A stretch of 63,172 nt of DNA, filler included, from Choristocarpus tenellus KU-1152 (Eukaryota > Protista > Phaeophyceae), in NCBI GenBank assembly GCA_964200185.2. It is 12 parts of 12 records of this genome, joined end to end, with 100 filler letters (N's around TTAATTAATTAA, not from the genome) between each part and the next. Parts side by side here need not be neighbours in the genome. Positions count along the whole stretch, not along the records: positions 37,516 to 54,054 come from CAXNAD020000810.1; 11 more parts are not named here. The stretch is one strand, 5' to 3'. Below the pieces are notes generated by a model that was given only the letters and a program-made list of their open reading frames with translations, was not told the DNA's origin and did not search any database. The translations under genes were made by a program, and so were the position numbers. Numbering within the stretch: position 1 is the stretch's first letter; each line of letters opens with the position of its first letter. Positions 39,376 through 54,154 of the stretch are shown piece after piece.

Positions 39376-41464
39376 CTTTTCCTCTTCCTCATCATCCTCT
39401 TCATCTTCCTCATCATCATCTTCGTCGTCATCATCATCATCATCATCATCATCTTTCTTAGCCACAACCTTTTTCTCCTCCTAAGGTGTTGTGCAGAGGG
39501 AAGAGTATATTTTGTTGCCACAAATAAAGTTTATAGATGTAGTACTATTGCTGATACAAAATTCGACAACCTTTTAGCGCAAGGAGAAGATGAAATACAC
39601 CAGAGTATATTATCATATACCTCACTGTCATCATCTTCATCACTGTCATCGTCATCACTGTCATCTTCATCGCTGTCATCATCCTCATCTTTATTCTTTG
39701 ATGCTGAAGCTTTGCCCTAAAATGTGAAACCAAGTAACATTGGGAAGTTATGTTATTTAGATAATAAATGTTTTCGGTACATTGCAGGCACTTCCACCAA
39801 GACTACATGATTTCAACTAGATCTACAGGGATCCTTGAATACTGTTTGAGCAAAAAAATATAGGGTCATTTTTATTTCATCATGACCCTCGCAAAAGAAC
39901 ACACATTGACAGCCTTCAGTTTTGGCTTCTCTTCCTCATCCTCATCACTGTCCTCTGATTCCTCATCGCTGGAGTCTTTCTTAGCAGCAGCCTTAACTGG
40001 AGTGACCTTGGGCTTCTCAGCCTCCTCAGAATCTTCATCCTCAGATTCCTCTTCACTGCTGTCACTCTCCTTGGCAGCTGGGACAACCTTGGCTGGGGTA
40101 GTCTTAGCCTTTGTCTTGGGCTTCTTTAGTCAATAGAAGGATATACAGGGATACAAAGGGTGATATAGACACTTCTGTCACTCTGTTGATGTGATACTGG
40201 AGTTTACAAAGACTTCAAGTGTAGAAGTATCACTTGGTTTAAGTACTTTGAAAATTTTGGAGCATGAGAAGTTAAACAAGTACTACGGGAAAGAGTACAC
40301 TTGAGGCAGCACAACAGGCGTACCTATCAGAGATTGGAACTGAAACACTTAAATGGTTTAATCATCGTTTTTATACATCGAAAGAAAGGGATATGCAGAT
40401 CACACCAACCACAGGATCTCGTACCTTGGAGGCTGATGACAGTTGGGCAGTGCAGAAGGGTATTTATCAATTGATGCATGTCTTATTGAATTAGGAACTG
40501 GATGCAAGAGTGGGGAATAAGCTTGTCAAAGTCATTATGGGGTATATTTAGGCTTACCCCTTCCTCCAATTTATTTCACTTGAAGACTGGACAGTGTTCA
40601 ATGAAATATATGAAAGTCGCACACACGAATTTTTGGAGACTTCTAATGCGAACGCAACATCCCATCCCCTTGTCCATGATGTTGTACTTACCTCCTCTGG
40701 TTCATCCTCAGAATCATCATCTTCTGAGCTATCGTCAGAATCCTCTTCAGCTGCCTTTTTTCCATTGGTTGCGGCTACAGGCTTCACTTCTTCCTTCTCT
40801 TCCTCCTGAATTGCACGTAAAATTGTATGAGGGGTTACATGTTTTGTGTTGATGAGAATGACGCGCAAACTCAAACCATGAAAAGGGCAACACACCAAAA
40901 GCTGAAGATCCTTGACACCCTTTCCCCTCAAAGTGTGTCAATGCAATTATACACTGTGTACACAGAATCCACATCGATGGGGCAAGGTTGCTTGAAGGCA
41001 CCTCAATTTCCTCCGAAGTCGTAAGACACTGTTTACTGCTCTGCCACGCCTCTATTTTTAAGGAGCAACCTACTGCAAAATGGACGGTGCTGAAAGCATT
41101 CGCAACCCAAGTTGACGGTCAGTTTAAGGATCTCTACCATCCATTGAGTACAGATGTGAAGGATGTATCACACTACCAAACTCTACCGTCCTGCTTCTTG
41201 AACACACAAACTGACCTCCTCTGATTCACTGTCGTCACTCGACGGTGGAGTGGGGGGTTTCTTCGATTTCTTTTTGGAGGAGCTTTTCTTGGAGGTCTTG
41301 ACGACTGCGACAGGAGGAGGCGGAGTCTTCTTTGCCTTCTTTGCAGTAGAAGTTGAAGCCTTGACGACTTTGGCGGGTGGAGTCTTATCCACTATTTTTT
41401 TGGACGACTTCTTGACCTTTTTCGCAGAACCATCCACCTTGCTCTCCTTCTTGACTTTGGCCAT
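39376..41464 (-). CDS. 5' exons of a nucleolin/Nsr1/Nopp140-like nucleolar protein (41464-41216, 40805-40692, 40123-39905, 39716-39621, 39480-39376)
   Basis: Five phase-0 exons encode alternating K/P/A-rich basic blocks and S/D/E acidic blocks (MAKVKKESK...SSDDSESEE, ATNGKKAAEEDSDD). The 3' part with RRM/GAR was not found. Confidence 0.75.
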
Positions 41465-41885
41465 CGTTGCAGTTAAAATGATGAGAGTACGAACGCCTGC
41501 CGTTCAAGTCACTTGTGCAAGGACCACCAGAAAGCTGAGTGAGGCAGAGTAACTTATTTTCCTACCTGTTTACAATCTCACAGTGAAAGCACAACTTTTT
41601 GTGGTTGTGTTTAATGGATGTTTACGATTGAGACAATGAGGGGTGGGACCATTCAATCTCAACCCAGCCTTCAGCCACTCAAAAAAAGCCTGAAATAGTA
41701 CCAACTTTCCTTCATCAAAGATTGCCTACGAATAAACAAAGAGGAGTGGTATACGAGTACGACTGTCGGTAGGTATACCCTAACCCTAAGGAGTGTAGGT
41801 TGGAAATTCACATCATACTCTACATTTTGGGATTGTTGTATGTCCTTCACTGTTTTTTGGTTTGTCCTCATAATGTTTTGAGTGT
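41465..41885. promoter_or_regulatory. Short bidirectional promoter region
   Basis: 421 bp separate the divergent start codons. Contains CCCTAACCCTAA at 41778-41789. Confidence 0.5.
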
Positions 41886-44800
41886 ATGCAAGGGACGAAG
41901 CCAATTGAAGGATTCTGTAAGAGTATTAGCACCTACAAGATGGAAAGTGCGCCTAAAAAACCACGCATGCAACACTGCGCTAGAAACGATATGGTGACAT
42001 CGAGCAAAACCACCTCTGAGGGAGGGGCCTCGATGGATAGAGGTGGATCCAAATCAGGAGATAGTCCAACAACGTACTCTACCACGATCGAAGCCCGCCT
42101 TAAAGCGCTTCGATTAGAAATGGAAGCCTTAGGGGTCTCTTCGTATCTTGTGGGATCGGAGGATGCTCACCAGAGCGAGTATGTCTCGGATCATGACAAA
42201 CGCAGGGAATGGGTAAGTGGTTTTACGGGGTCAGCAGGCACGGCTCTGGTAACGAAGACGAAGGCACTCCTATGGACTGATGGGCGATATTTTCTTCAGG
42301 TAGTGAACTGAGATTCAATCGGATACCTAGATAGAAAAAGACCCTACTGGCCAAGGTTCAGTACAACCGGCACCTTTGTCTTCTTGTCTCGTTCCTTTCT
42401 TATCCCGTTATTGATAGCACTGTTCATAGACTAGCCTCATCCTCATCCCTTCGTACTTGTAGCTGCGCCCACCCCCAAGTCTTTTGTGGCCACTTATCAT
42501 ACAGAAAATGGGCCTCCCTACTTGTAGACAAATCCCAAGGCAGTTTGAACGCCTGCGGGGGCACGTACTCCCCTCACCCGAATCCCAAACCTTCTTGGGT
42601 GTGACGTGCAGGCAAGACAGCAGCTGAGCAGCAGCTGGTCTCTTATGCGCATAGGCGAGCCTAAAGTCCCAAGTCTAGAGGATTGGGTAGCACAAGGTGG
42701 TGTGGAAGACTATTGTGTTGGGGTGGACCCCTGGCTCATTGGTACTGACGCTTCACGGACACTAGGGAACAAGTTAGAAGCAGTCGGCGGGATGTTGGTG
42801 CCTATTTATGGGTGAGGGAGAGGTACGGAGAGAAGAGAGTCTAGTAAAGGATGTCAATTGGGTAGGAAAACCATCCTAATTCACCCTGAAGCGGCAGCTG
42901 AGACTGCAGTTCCTCGTATGAGAAAGGCTGCCTATGGAGTTGACACTTGGGATTTAGGTGGTAAAGTTCAAGTCAAAGATCGTTGCCAAGGTATGGGGCG
43001 TGTGGTTGAAGAGAGTGAGCCATTCGTTACCGAAATTTTCCCTCTGAAAACCTCAATGGAGGACAGGGCAATGCACATGAGACAGGCAGACATTGACCAA
43101 ATGATTTGCGCACTCATGTAAGAAAACACACGCTTTATTTTTTTTCAGCAAAGTGCCAACAAATATTGTCACTCCTCTATCCATCCGCGAAGCAACCTAG
43201 TGGACAAGGTATGGATTGACCAACCCATGGAGCCATGCTGTCCGGTGAAAATGCACCCCTTGGAACTTGCCGGAGTCAGTGTGCCAGAGAAACTGGCCAG
43301 TATCCGCAAACTTGTTTGTGAGGAGGGAGCCTCATCGCTTGTGATAATGGCTCTGGATGAGGTGGGATGCAGGGTTTTGTGCTCGAGCGTACACATGTGT
43401 CTGAACATTTCGCCCCTGCTCACTTTCATTAGGTTTCCTGAGTTTTGGAAAATTTTGTCGGGCTTGCGTAGGTGTAATTGTTTCATAGTGCTCATGGGGT
43501 ACATGATTACTTCCGTGCTTTGTGTTTGTTTGGAAGGGATGGGGTTGATAATAGGGTTGTACTCTTGCAATGAAGAATCATCCTGCAACTTTAGTGTGGA
43601 GTCAAGTTGCATCTGTACAAAAAGCTTTCCTAATAGGCCAGAAGGTATGGGGGAATAGCCATTGAGAGCACACTCACTGGGCCTACTCCAGAAGTGTGTG
43701 GTGTCAATGCTTCAGATTGGGGAGAATTTCTTGATGTGGGTACCCAACAACATTTGGAGGGGATGGAACATGGCTTGAAGGCTTTGAAATGAAGGATTGA
43801 ACTCGACCAATCAACGACTAAGACTAAACCTTCTCGCACCCTCAAAGCAATCTTTCCTCTCTACACACATTCCCACCAACTCACACCTACCTCAAAACCG
43901 CCCGACAAACCAAGTAGATTGCTTGGTTGTTCAATATCCGAGGCAACGATGTGTCTTTCAACCCTGTGGCAATCGCATCTGCTCTGCTAACTCAGGACCG
44001 GGCCTTTCTCTTTATCAATGAAGCTAAGCTCCAAAAAGAGACCAAGCAGGTTTGTGGATGGCTGGGCTCAGTCCCAATAGGGAAAATTAGAGTTTATTTT
44101 GTGGGGTTGAGTGGATGGAGAGAAGAGGGAGAGAATGTAGCATGTGATTCACCTGGTGACAGCTACATTATTTAATTTATTTTTTTTCTCTATTGTCATC
44201 TGTATTTATGGGGCTTTTTGTGCACGTATATGTATGTGTACTACCAATGCCGTTGACCTTCCAAACAGTGTTCATCCTTTAGTATTGATCCCCTCATTGA
44301 CTCTCTTCCCTAAATGAGGTTTTCGTAAGGGGTAAGAGAAAAAAAAAGTGTAGCAAGTGCCATCATTGCAACTTGATGGAGTGCCTGCCATGCATTTGCA
44401 CATTGAAAACTCCTCTGCGCATCACATAAAACAGGCAGCTGATTTTTCTGCCTTTTGTTTTTGACCCATTGTCATCATCATCAAAAGAAGAAAAAAAAAG
44501 TGAAGCACATTCACATGTACACATCTCCACTCCAGCCACCAACCCTCGGTGTGATCTAATTCCTGTACAATCTGTTGCTCCTCCCTTCTCTTCACATTGA
44601 TGAAGCACCTGAGCGACGAACATGTTACAATACGTCCATATAGTGCCTTGCTGGATGAGATTCGTGCACTGAAAATGTCATCTTCGAAACCGCCTTCGCA
44701 AGGAGACCCTGTGCCTCAAGGACGGTGAGAGTGACTGAGGAGAGGGGTGGGGGGCATGGGGAGACCATCCATAACACTTTTGGTCTTCTCCTACCTCACA

Positions 44801-47800
44801 TCTACAAGTGGGCAGAGTGCTGTATGTGTGTATTGTGTATTGATCATTATGTATCTATATACTTGCCTTCAACAACATGACCCATAGTGCTTTGTTGTAA
44901 TGCGGTAAGCAGATGTAGTATTTGATTCATTGCCGGGGCCCGCAAATAGTCTTCCTTTTGCAATTAAAACCAATCACAAAAATTGTACATTGTGGTTCAG
45001 ATATTATATTTACATATTGTGTAGACTCATATCAGAACCCTCACTTGCTGGGAAAGAGAAGAAATAATCGATACAACTAATGGAAAAGTTTATGTAGATC
45101 TGCTCACGTTTACCTGTTGGTGTAACGGCAAACTTTCCCACCTTTCAATAAGCGATTACCACCTTCCCCCACAGGATGATGCACTCAGCTGTGATTTAAA
45201 ACCCACTGCACCAACCTCCTAAAAGTAACCCATCCCTGGCACTAACTTTATCTAACTTGCGACCCTGCAGCATTCCTTGTCCCTTCCATCACCCACATCC
45301 CACCTCACATTGAACCCTCTCTAATTCTCTCTCAAAAATACACGCACGCACTTTCAATCCCCCTCCTTGCCCCCATCACCCCCCTTATCTTCCTCCTCAT
45401 TGCCAATGGTACAACTGCCCCCTCATCTCTTTTTGCCATTGACCTTATCTCAGGGTGCTGATTGATCCACATGTTTGCCTTGCCGTGAGGCTCACCATAC
45501 CAGATGGAATGGCTCTAGAGTGCCCTTCTCCTGTGGCTCTAGCCAAGGCCATCAAGAACCCATGTGAATTAGAGGTACATACAAAACATGGAACACAAGA
45601 ACTGACCAGACCTGACCGGATCAATCACATCCCTATATCGGCCGGCTCCTACCTGGTTTGCAACCTTGGCTGGGGCTGGGGTATTTTTTTATGCGCCCAT
45701 TCCCAGAGTTGGATTTGATTGGGTTTCACTTTGTGTATGTTTCCTGGTTGAGGAGTTGGTTGTACTGTCATTTTCCCCTTTTTTTATGATGATGGGTGCA
45801 TTGCAATATTGATCTCCCCCTCGCATGCCAAGAGTAGTGTTCCACTTGTGTTGAGGTTGACCTGTTGCACCAGCAAGCGAGAGACCTGGAACGTGTGGTG
45901 TGTGTACTAGAACATGCTGGTCAGTGAAGTTGTTGAGGGTAGCATGTGTCTGTGTGTTTGAACCCTTCTATGTCGCATCCTCAACAACAGGGATCACATA
46001 GACCTATGCGCATTGCATGCTATGTAGGTCCCTACACACAAGCACTGAATTCGTTAATGCTGTTGCACCCACACTCAAGCGCAAACACATCCATGTGTAT
46101 CGTCCACACAACATGCCACTCACATGTGAACTTGCGAAACAAGGGTCTGCGGAATGCACATTTACGCGATGGGGTGGCTCTCACATCATTCCTGGCCTGG
46201 CTGGAGAGGGCTGTAGGTCTTGGAGAGGAAGGAGGGGGAGACGGGGTTGGATGGCCTATCACAGAATGTACAGCAGCTGAAAAGCTTGAGGAATTCCGGT
46301 AAGACACCAAGATGTGTTGGTGCGCTAATCTGCGTTGATTTAATAATTTCATCTATATCGAAACAAATAGAGATGTGCCTGTGGCATTTTAGCTGGAGTC
46401 TTTTGTGGAAACGCATCGATTAAGCTGTGGGGTGGTACTGATAATTTTTCCAAATGTAGGGGAGGTCCAAGATTAAATTGTAGCAACTGCACAGGGAAGG
46501 AACAGGAGGGAGGGGAGGGGAGGAGGGGGAGAGGAATGGGGATGAAGGCATTGTCACTGTACTGAGTGTACTCATCGTGCATTCATCGTTGGGTTGAAGA
46601 AGTCTATGTGCTTTCCAGATAAGATGTGCTTCGTAGAAGACACTAGGGTTAGGCTTAGGGTTAGGGTTAGTGCCTATCACAGTCATCAAAGCAGATCCCT
46701 CTACTGTTGTAGAAGTGTTTTTTGTCCCCAAGGAATATCCATTGATGATGTCTGGATAATAGATACTGTTTTTGCTGTTCTTTTATCTTTTTTCTGTTGG
46801 AGTTGTCATCATGAAGCACAAGAGGGTGAGGTATATGTGTGTTCCGGTACAGGTGAGTGCAAGAGTCAGTGCTATCCCTCCCCTCCTCTCCATGTTCTCG
46901 CCTCTTCTGCATTTCAGCAACAACAGTGACCTCTCCCCCTGTACACCCTCTCCTCCTCCTCCTCCTCCTCACTCTCCTGTCTGTCCGGATGAAGTAAGAC
47001 TCAGGCAGGATATGTATGCCCCAGCTTTGAGACTATCTCAGGGTACGGTCCAAATGGCTCAATTATTCACTATTGTGCCCCAAAAGAGACAGCCAGGGCC
47101 ATTGGCACTGACAACCTGTTCCTACTGGTAGGGACTGGGGGTGGGGGGCAGAGAAGGGTGTCAATCTGGGAAGGCAGTGAAACCTTGGGCAGTGCCAATG
47201 TGTTGCACAGCATGTATGAGATGTAGGGTTACTTGGTTTTGTTGTATTTCAAGTCTATATTTCTGTGGGTGTATCGCAGTAATCCTTTTCATTTGTTTGG
47301 TTTTCCAATGATGGTGATGGGGCGAAAATGTTTCAGCAGTCCCAACATTGCCATTGCCACCGAAATCACAGGAACACCTATATTCTGAAAAGATGTTTAA
47401 GTTGTTACAATCCGCTTTATATGATATGCAGAATGGGAAGGACGCACAGTTATTCCTGGTGTGGGAAACCTTGGGTCTCACCAGCGGGAAGTTGGATTGT
47501 TGTGAAGGCTTTACATCTTTTTTTTCTTATACCGAGTCTAAGTTACCCCTCCCCTCCACCCCAATGGTGCAATGTCGCCTCCTGCAGGATTCCGGTGCAC
47601 AATACAAGGATGGTACTACGGATGTCACACGCACTCTTCACTTTGGCACACCCACTGCACACCATAGGCGATGCTTCACCCTTGTTCTAAAGGTGCATAC
47701 ACGCTTTACCCTTTACACCGGGGATTTGCTGTTGTGCAGAATGCATTCAGGGGGCACGGGCATTGCCTCTTGTGGTTCAAGGATGCCTGATACGGTTCAA

Positions 47801-49027
47801 AGTGAGAAGTTGAAAGAGAGTATTTGATGTTTTGGCAAGAGGCCTCAGTGACTCAAGCTCAGGTGTAAACTGTACATGTATGCGTATGATGATAGCATGG
47901 GCTGTGCTCCTTTTTGTAGCGTAATGTGAGATGCTTCGCCATGTGGATGACTATAGTGCCTTGTGAAAGACAAGAGATTGAGCCTTGGCATGCCCTAGGC
48001 TCTGTGTTGTTCCAGATGGTGAATAGAAAATGGGACCCTATCCCCAGAGCCGTTCTTTTGAAGGAACAGAAAACTTGTATAGATTTGAACATTTGAAGCC
48101 ATCGTTTGTTTCGTGGTTCTTGGAGACAAAAATCTGGTACAATTCAAAATCTAAATCTTCGTGAGCAAAGAAGAAAATCAGCAACAGTTATGTATGTTGA
48201 GTGTCATCGTGGGAAATCTTAGACTGACCATTCAGATGGCCCTGAAGTGCAGTTGTATGTCTAATATGGTGCTAACCTAACCGTGTCCCACCTCTCTCTC
48301 TTTCCAATTAAAGTTGGTGCCGAACTATGTCTTGAAATCACTCTTGGCTTACCAGTTACATCGTGCACTGATTGTTAGACAATCTGGTTGTTTCTTGTCC
48401 TTCGGGACTCTTTCTAATGTGATCCCACTATACGTACAGGCACCTGACTTGACCCTCATATGATCTGACTTTGATATGCATAGTTGTGCTTAACTACATT
48501 TGATTGGCTTGCGCATTGGTACCGACAGCTCATCCTCCCCAAGGTTGCTTCCTACAATACAATAGAGTATGCTTGTATCATGCTTGTATCATCGGTGCGC
48601 ATATACACAATACTATAAACTGGGACATGGCAAACTATTCACAGTAGCTCTTCCCTATCCCTAGACATTTTCATATCCATTCTTCATTTTCGAGTTTGCC
48701 CCCATTAGCCAATAACCTTGACAGGCATCCCTAGCCGTAGCCCCTGTTATAAGCTTTACCTCTCCAGATTTTGTGTTACATTTTGTTGCTGTTTTGGTGT
48801 GTACACATGACATATAACACCATCAACTGTTTTGTGTTACATACAAAAAATATATAGGGACACATTGCCCTGGCTCGTGCAGTATTTCCTGAAAATACCA
48901 TGGGCAGTAAGCTGGATGTTCTCGCAAGGACCGCACTGTGGGAGGTTGGCCTGGACTATCAACATGGCACAGGGCATGGTGAGTGGAGAGTGGAGAGTCT
49001 CATGCCGCAGCAGCATGGTGAGGTTTG

Positions 49028-49060
<33 letters not shown>

Positions 49061-51721
49061 GGGGGGGTGGAGGGTGGGGGGTATGAGTGGACTGTTGATG
49101 TTGAGGAGTAGGTATTGCTAGACTATGACCCCAGCAACAGCAATACCAGCCTGCTGAAAAACGCTCGCGTATTTCATGTAATACACCAAACCCTCACATG
49201 AAATGAGTCTTTGAACCAACAGTGGAAACTTTTGTGAGCTTGGGGGATGTACTACTCAGACAAACAATATAGAAACAACCTTGATGAAGACAAGCAATTA
49301 ATTCTCTAATGGGCTCCGGTATCGACTCTATATCATCTGTTCATTTCCTCTCACCCCCTTGTGCCCCCTTCCCCTCACCTGACCAAGTATGATGCGAGTA
49401 TCAAGCTCCCTGTCGATGTAGAACGCTACCACCCCCACCACTGCTAACATAATTTGAATTGTTCCTCATGTGCTTTTGTTTTTTTTGGTTGATGATCAAT
49501 AGGGGTTGGTGCTTTCCTCAATGTACACGAGGGGCCTCATGGGATACATTATTACACACGCCCCAACGAGCAGGGTATCCAGGCAAGTGGTCCTTCACCG
49601 GAGGAGTAACCTTTGACCGCAACCCTAACCCTTAAATGTATTGTTTACGTTCTGTTTTTTTAGTGTGCACAGTGCAGACTTCTCTCGAATTGACCAGTGA
49701 GTGAGCAAAGGCAATCCAGAGTGGTAAGCGTATTGTAGCATCCTTTATTGAGAGGCATCCGGCACTAGGGACATGGGACAAGGATAGTTGATTCATAGGT
49801 ACGGTGTGTGAAACGTTCTTATGACTTTCACGGTTAACGCTAAGTTTACTAATTGTCCCTTATTAAAAAGGATGGGATGTTGTGTGGCTTCTTTTCAGGG
49901 TGTGGCAGCAATTGTGAAGGACGGTGTCCCTACGCGTCCCTGTCGACCTTCTTGTTCCCTGTTTGCACTCTTCTGTTGTGTACCTCACTTATCACTATCC
50001 CCACTTCATTACAATTCAACCACATCGCAGATCGGCATGACCACTTCCAATGAGCCAGGGTACTATGAGGACGGAGAGTTTGGCCTCAGGATCGAGAGGT
50101 AGGGGTGGGGAAGATCAGGAAAGCAGTTGCCTGCGATTGCTCCTTGTTTCGGTTACTGATCCCAAAGCAGAGCTGCTGCAGTGAAACAAGGCACTGATTG
50201 AAGGGGGGGGACACTCTTTTTATCTTGCTTACTTAATGGACGATGTTGTCGTGTACCCACCTATCAATGCTTGTTGGAATGAAGTAACTTTTTGAGTTTG
50301 CTATCTGCAACGCAATACGTTTTATGTGGGTACTTTTTTGTTTCTCTGTGTAACAGAGTGATCGGTCACTGTTGGGCTCAAGAGTAGGATACGCACAATT
50401 GCTGTAACTGACCAAGTTATCTGTTGCTCCCCTCCCCCTGTGACTTTGCACATTTGTCAGTGTGTGCATATGTGTAGAAAAAAAGACTGACTTCACCTTT
50501 GCAGGACGACGTCGATGCACCTTCGAGACCATCACCTGGGCCCCTATACAGAACAAGGTGCTCACACACTACCAATAGTTGTATTGTGCATCCCGACCCC
50601 TTACCCTCCCCTCCCAGCTCACCTCGCGTGATGCTGTGATGATGTCGGGAACATTGTTTTAACATGTCCAATTAGTGCTAGATAGAGGTTGCATCCCTGA
50701 GAGAGAGTGTTAAGGCACACATCCATGAGCTTAGTTTTACGGTTTTAATCCCCTATTTTTCCGTTTTGTGGGTCATTGTCACGACCTCTCAAGACCCCAA
50801 CTCATTCTGACTCCTATGAGTGCGTTTATCTGGATACCAAGCTTTTCAAAAAATTGAAGGCCAGCAGAAAAAAGTGCTGGCTAATATTTCGATTCTGAAT
50901 GAGTCTCTACTACTCCGATTGATACGCATTGGATTAATTTTGAAATCCAATGAGAACGGTTCACTTGCGCCAACTGAAGTGTTTTCAATCACCAGGCATG
51001 CCACTCGGTCTTGATTTGATTGTGGTATCAACAAGTTATTCAGGAAGTATTGTTGGGCAAAGTTCTCCCAATGCCCCAATGCCAGTATTATTTCTCTTTC
51101 TCGTTTTATTAAGAACACTTGGGTCCCGGGTCACCCATTCAGATTTTGCACTAGGGCTATGTTTGTCAGATTTGGGGGTCTATTCTAAATGCAGCTTCCC
51201 CCCAAGACCATTGGAACCGTGTTCTTTTCCAGCATTTGTGTAGTATTAATAGAAGTTCCTTTTAGAAGGGAATAGACCCTAAAATACCTACCCTTCGTTT
51301 GTCCTCCCAGACCAAGGCCGTCCATGAAGTTGTTTTGCAAGTGCTGTTGTTGACAAGTATGTGCTTGAGTTACGTAAGAGTACTACTTCCGCTTACATGG
51401 TGTGGTGGCATAGTAACACTGTGTGTCGACAATAGAGCTTGCTCAGCCACTTCTGAGCAATATCTCAAGAGAAACACACATGAAAGCTCATGACAGCACC
51501 ACTTCTCCATCGTCCCTTGCCTCACTCAACCTCCCACCGCACCCCTTCCCCCAACCCCACATCCACAGTTGATTGATGTGAGTATGCTTACCGAGGTGGA
51601 GCGGGAGTGGCTGGACAACTATCATGCTAAAGTCCGTTCCAATCTCCTCCCCCTCATGTGTCACAACCAACTGGCCCAAGAGTACCTCCTGAGGGAGACT
51701 GAGCCTCTTGTGTGTAATTGA
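41886..51721 (+). CDS. XPNPEP1: Xaa-Pro aminopeptidase (aminopeptidase P, M24B), 14 exons: 41886-42299, 42612-42811, 43193-43361, 43918-44049, 44606-44724, 45454-45574, 46144-46298, 46995-47127, 47588-47692, 48858-48978, 49503-49582, 50031-50098, 50461-50557, 51569-51721
   Basis: Motifs [96 protein letters not shown] and EREWLDNYH. All junctions are in phase. The start could instead be ATG 41940. Confidence 0.95.
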
Positions 51722-54154
51722 GCCCGAGGAAGTGAGGGAATGGATAGTGTTGGGAGGGTAGGGGAGGTGCGCTTGTGCTGAGAGGGGTCAATAAGTTTTG
51801 TATATAGACTGAGTAAGTTGGGTGCTGTGTAAGCATTGACTTCATGTCACAGACCCAAACTGATGTAGTACCATTAGGTCTTCGGTCACCCTTCCAATGG
51901 ACAGGTGCCAAGCATAATAGCACTACAGTACTCCGTTCAACCTGCCACACACCAAATCTGCACTACTATGCAGCCAACAAGTTTATAGAAAAACACCCCA
52001 CGATCTAGAAGTGTCAACTGTGTTGTAGGAGATGATGTAGGCACAGGTGTTGACCAAGCTTCAGGCATAGATACTCAAGAAAGGGGATATCTATATTTCC
52101 ACTGTCCACACCACTTTTGTGATGTTGCACTATGCTTGCTCAAACAGAAAAATATAGAAAATTACTCTGGCAAACAGTAAACTGAACATGAAGTATGCTC
52201 TACTCCTGGAGGTTTACGCATGACGAGGCATTTTCCTGGACAAAAGATGTTTAGTATTAATTGGACAAGTATCACAGACTGTTGAACAACAGATATTACC
52301 AACCAAAGCCAAGCAATGTGTTGGACAACAAATACTTTGTGAGTGAGAGTTACAGGTGAGTGTATATTTTTCCCTTATTCCTTGCATTTTCCCTTCACTT
52401 CCATCACGGTTCTTCAGTGCATCCCTTCCCACAATTTTCATGAGAAGAACTAATTAACCTAGATTGCGTATGACAACTGTACACAGACGTAAATGGTCAT
52501 AGATGGGCATTTTTTCACACGGCAGACATTTCAGAGGATACGGTTCCAACCGTTTGCTGAGCAACAGGTGATACAGACTGAATGGACTCCAGTATTTTAT
52601 GGGCTACAAATGTTAACTGGGAATGGTCCCAAACACCATCCTAGACATAACTTAGGAAGTAGCCCCGATCATGTGGTCGACAACAGGCAATATCTATTAT
52701 GAAAAAGTGTTGCAGATGTATCTTTATTTGCATGATGCTGCTTCTTTCTTCTGCATACCTCCCATGTATTAATTAATTATCTAACTTTTAACCACTTCTG
52801 GCCATAGGTCCGAGAGGACCAAATCTGCGAAACGATTGTATAATTGAGCAAGTGGACACCAGAGATGCTATAAACAAAGGACTGTGTAAGACAGGCATTT
52901 TCTGGTCAAAAGTTACAAGGCAAAAGGCGCAGAATATTGATCTGATAACAAATTTTCTGGAGCAACTTGACTCTCAAACGATAACCTGTAAGGCATGTTA
53001 CAGACAAGAAAGTACCAAACATTTTTTAGACACCCTAATGTTGAGCATTATGTTGTCCAGGGTGAGAATAAATGCATTGCCCTGAAGTTAAAAAAAAAAA
53101 AAGTAGAGTTGTTTCACATATATTTTAGATGTTTGAATTGTGCAACCTTAGAACTCTCTTACAAAAAATACATAGATCTACATATTTTCAGACCAACATT
53201 GCAATCTCATTTTGTGTTACAGAAGTGTGTGCGGTGATGGATCATGTCACAAGTCTTGTCATCATCACTCCAGAGCATTTCCATGCCCTTCACCTCAGCC
53301 CAACCTTGTTCTACCACCTCACTGGGTGTGTGAATCATAAGTTGGTATGACAATCAACATGCCCCACCTCCCCTCATCAGCTATCCGATTTATGTAGTAC
53401 CATACACATTAGGTCATACAAGTTACATGACCCCAAAATTAATCCAACAAATAAAACATCACAGTGAAATGAGAGGCGTGTGTACACCTGAACAAAAAAT
53501 CACACAAAAAAAAATATACCTCGCAGCATCACAGCAATAAGAAATTTAACATGTGCCCTCCTCTCATCCACACCCACACCAGAGAACCAGATACAGAATG
53601 GTGTAATTAACAGTCACAGAAACTGATGATGGTATGACGGATCAACGTTATACTGTTAACCAGTATATCTTACATCAGTGGTAAAACATACACCATATAC
53701 CATCATACCAAGCACAGACCCACTAACATGAAGTTAGTGGCAATGTACAATTCGTCATCAAAAATAGCTGACTGATGACAAATCAGCTCTACAAGTTAGT
53801 TCCTCATCCACACCCTCTGAAATCAACCCTTTGTCTCTTCACAGCTTGTGAGTAAATCGGATTGACAATATCGTAGAAAAAAAAATCAACATTCACACCT
53901 TGTCTACAGATATAACAAAAGGGTTAGGGAAAGGAGTGGAGTAAGTCAAAAGATGACACAGAAAAACTCAGATTCATCCTCTAAAGCCCAACACAACAGC
54001 AATCCAAGGCCTGCCATCAAGATGAGAGGCCTCTTGAAACTCCTACCCCCCCCCNNNNNNNNNNNNNNNNNNNNNNNNNNNNNNNNNNNNNNNNNNNNTT
54101 AATTAATTAANNNNNNNNNNNNNNNNNNNNNNNNNNNNNNNNNNNNNNNNNNNN

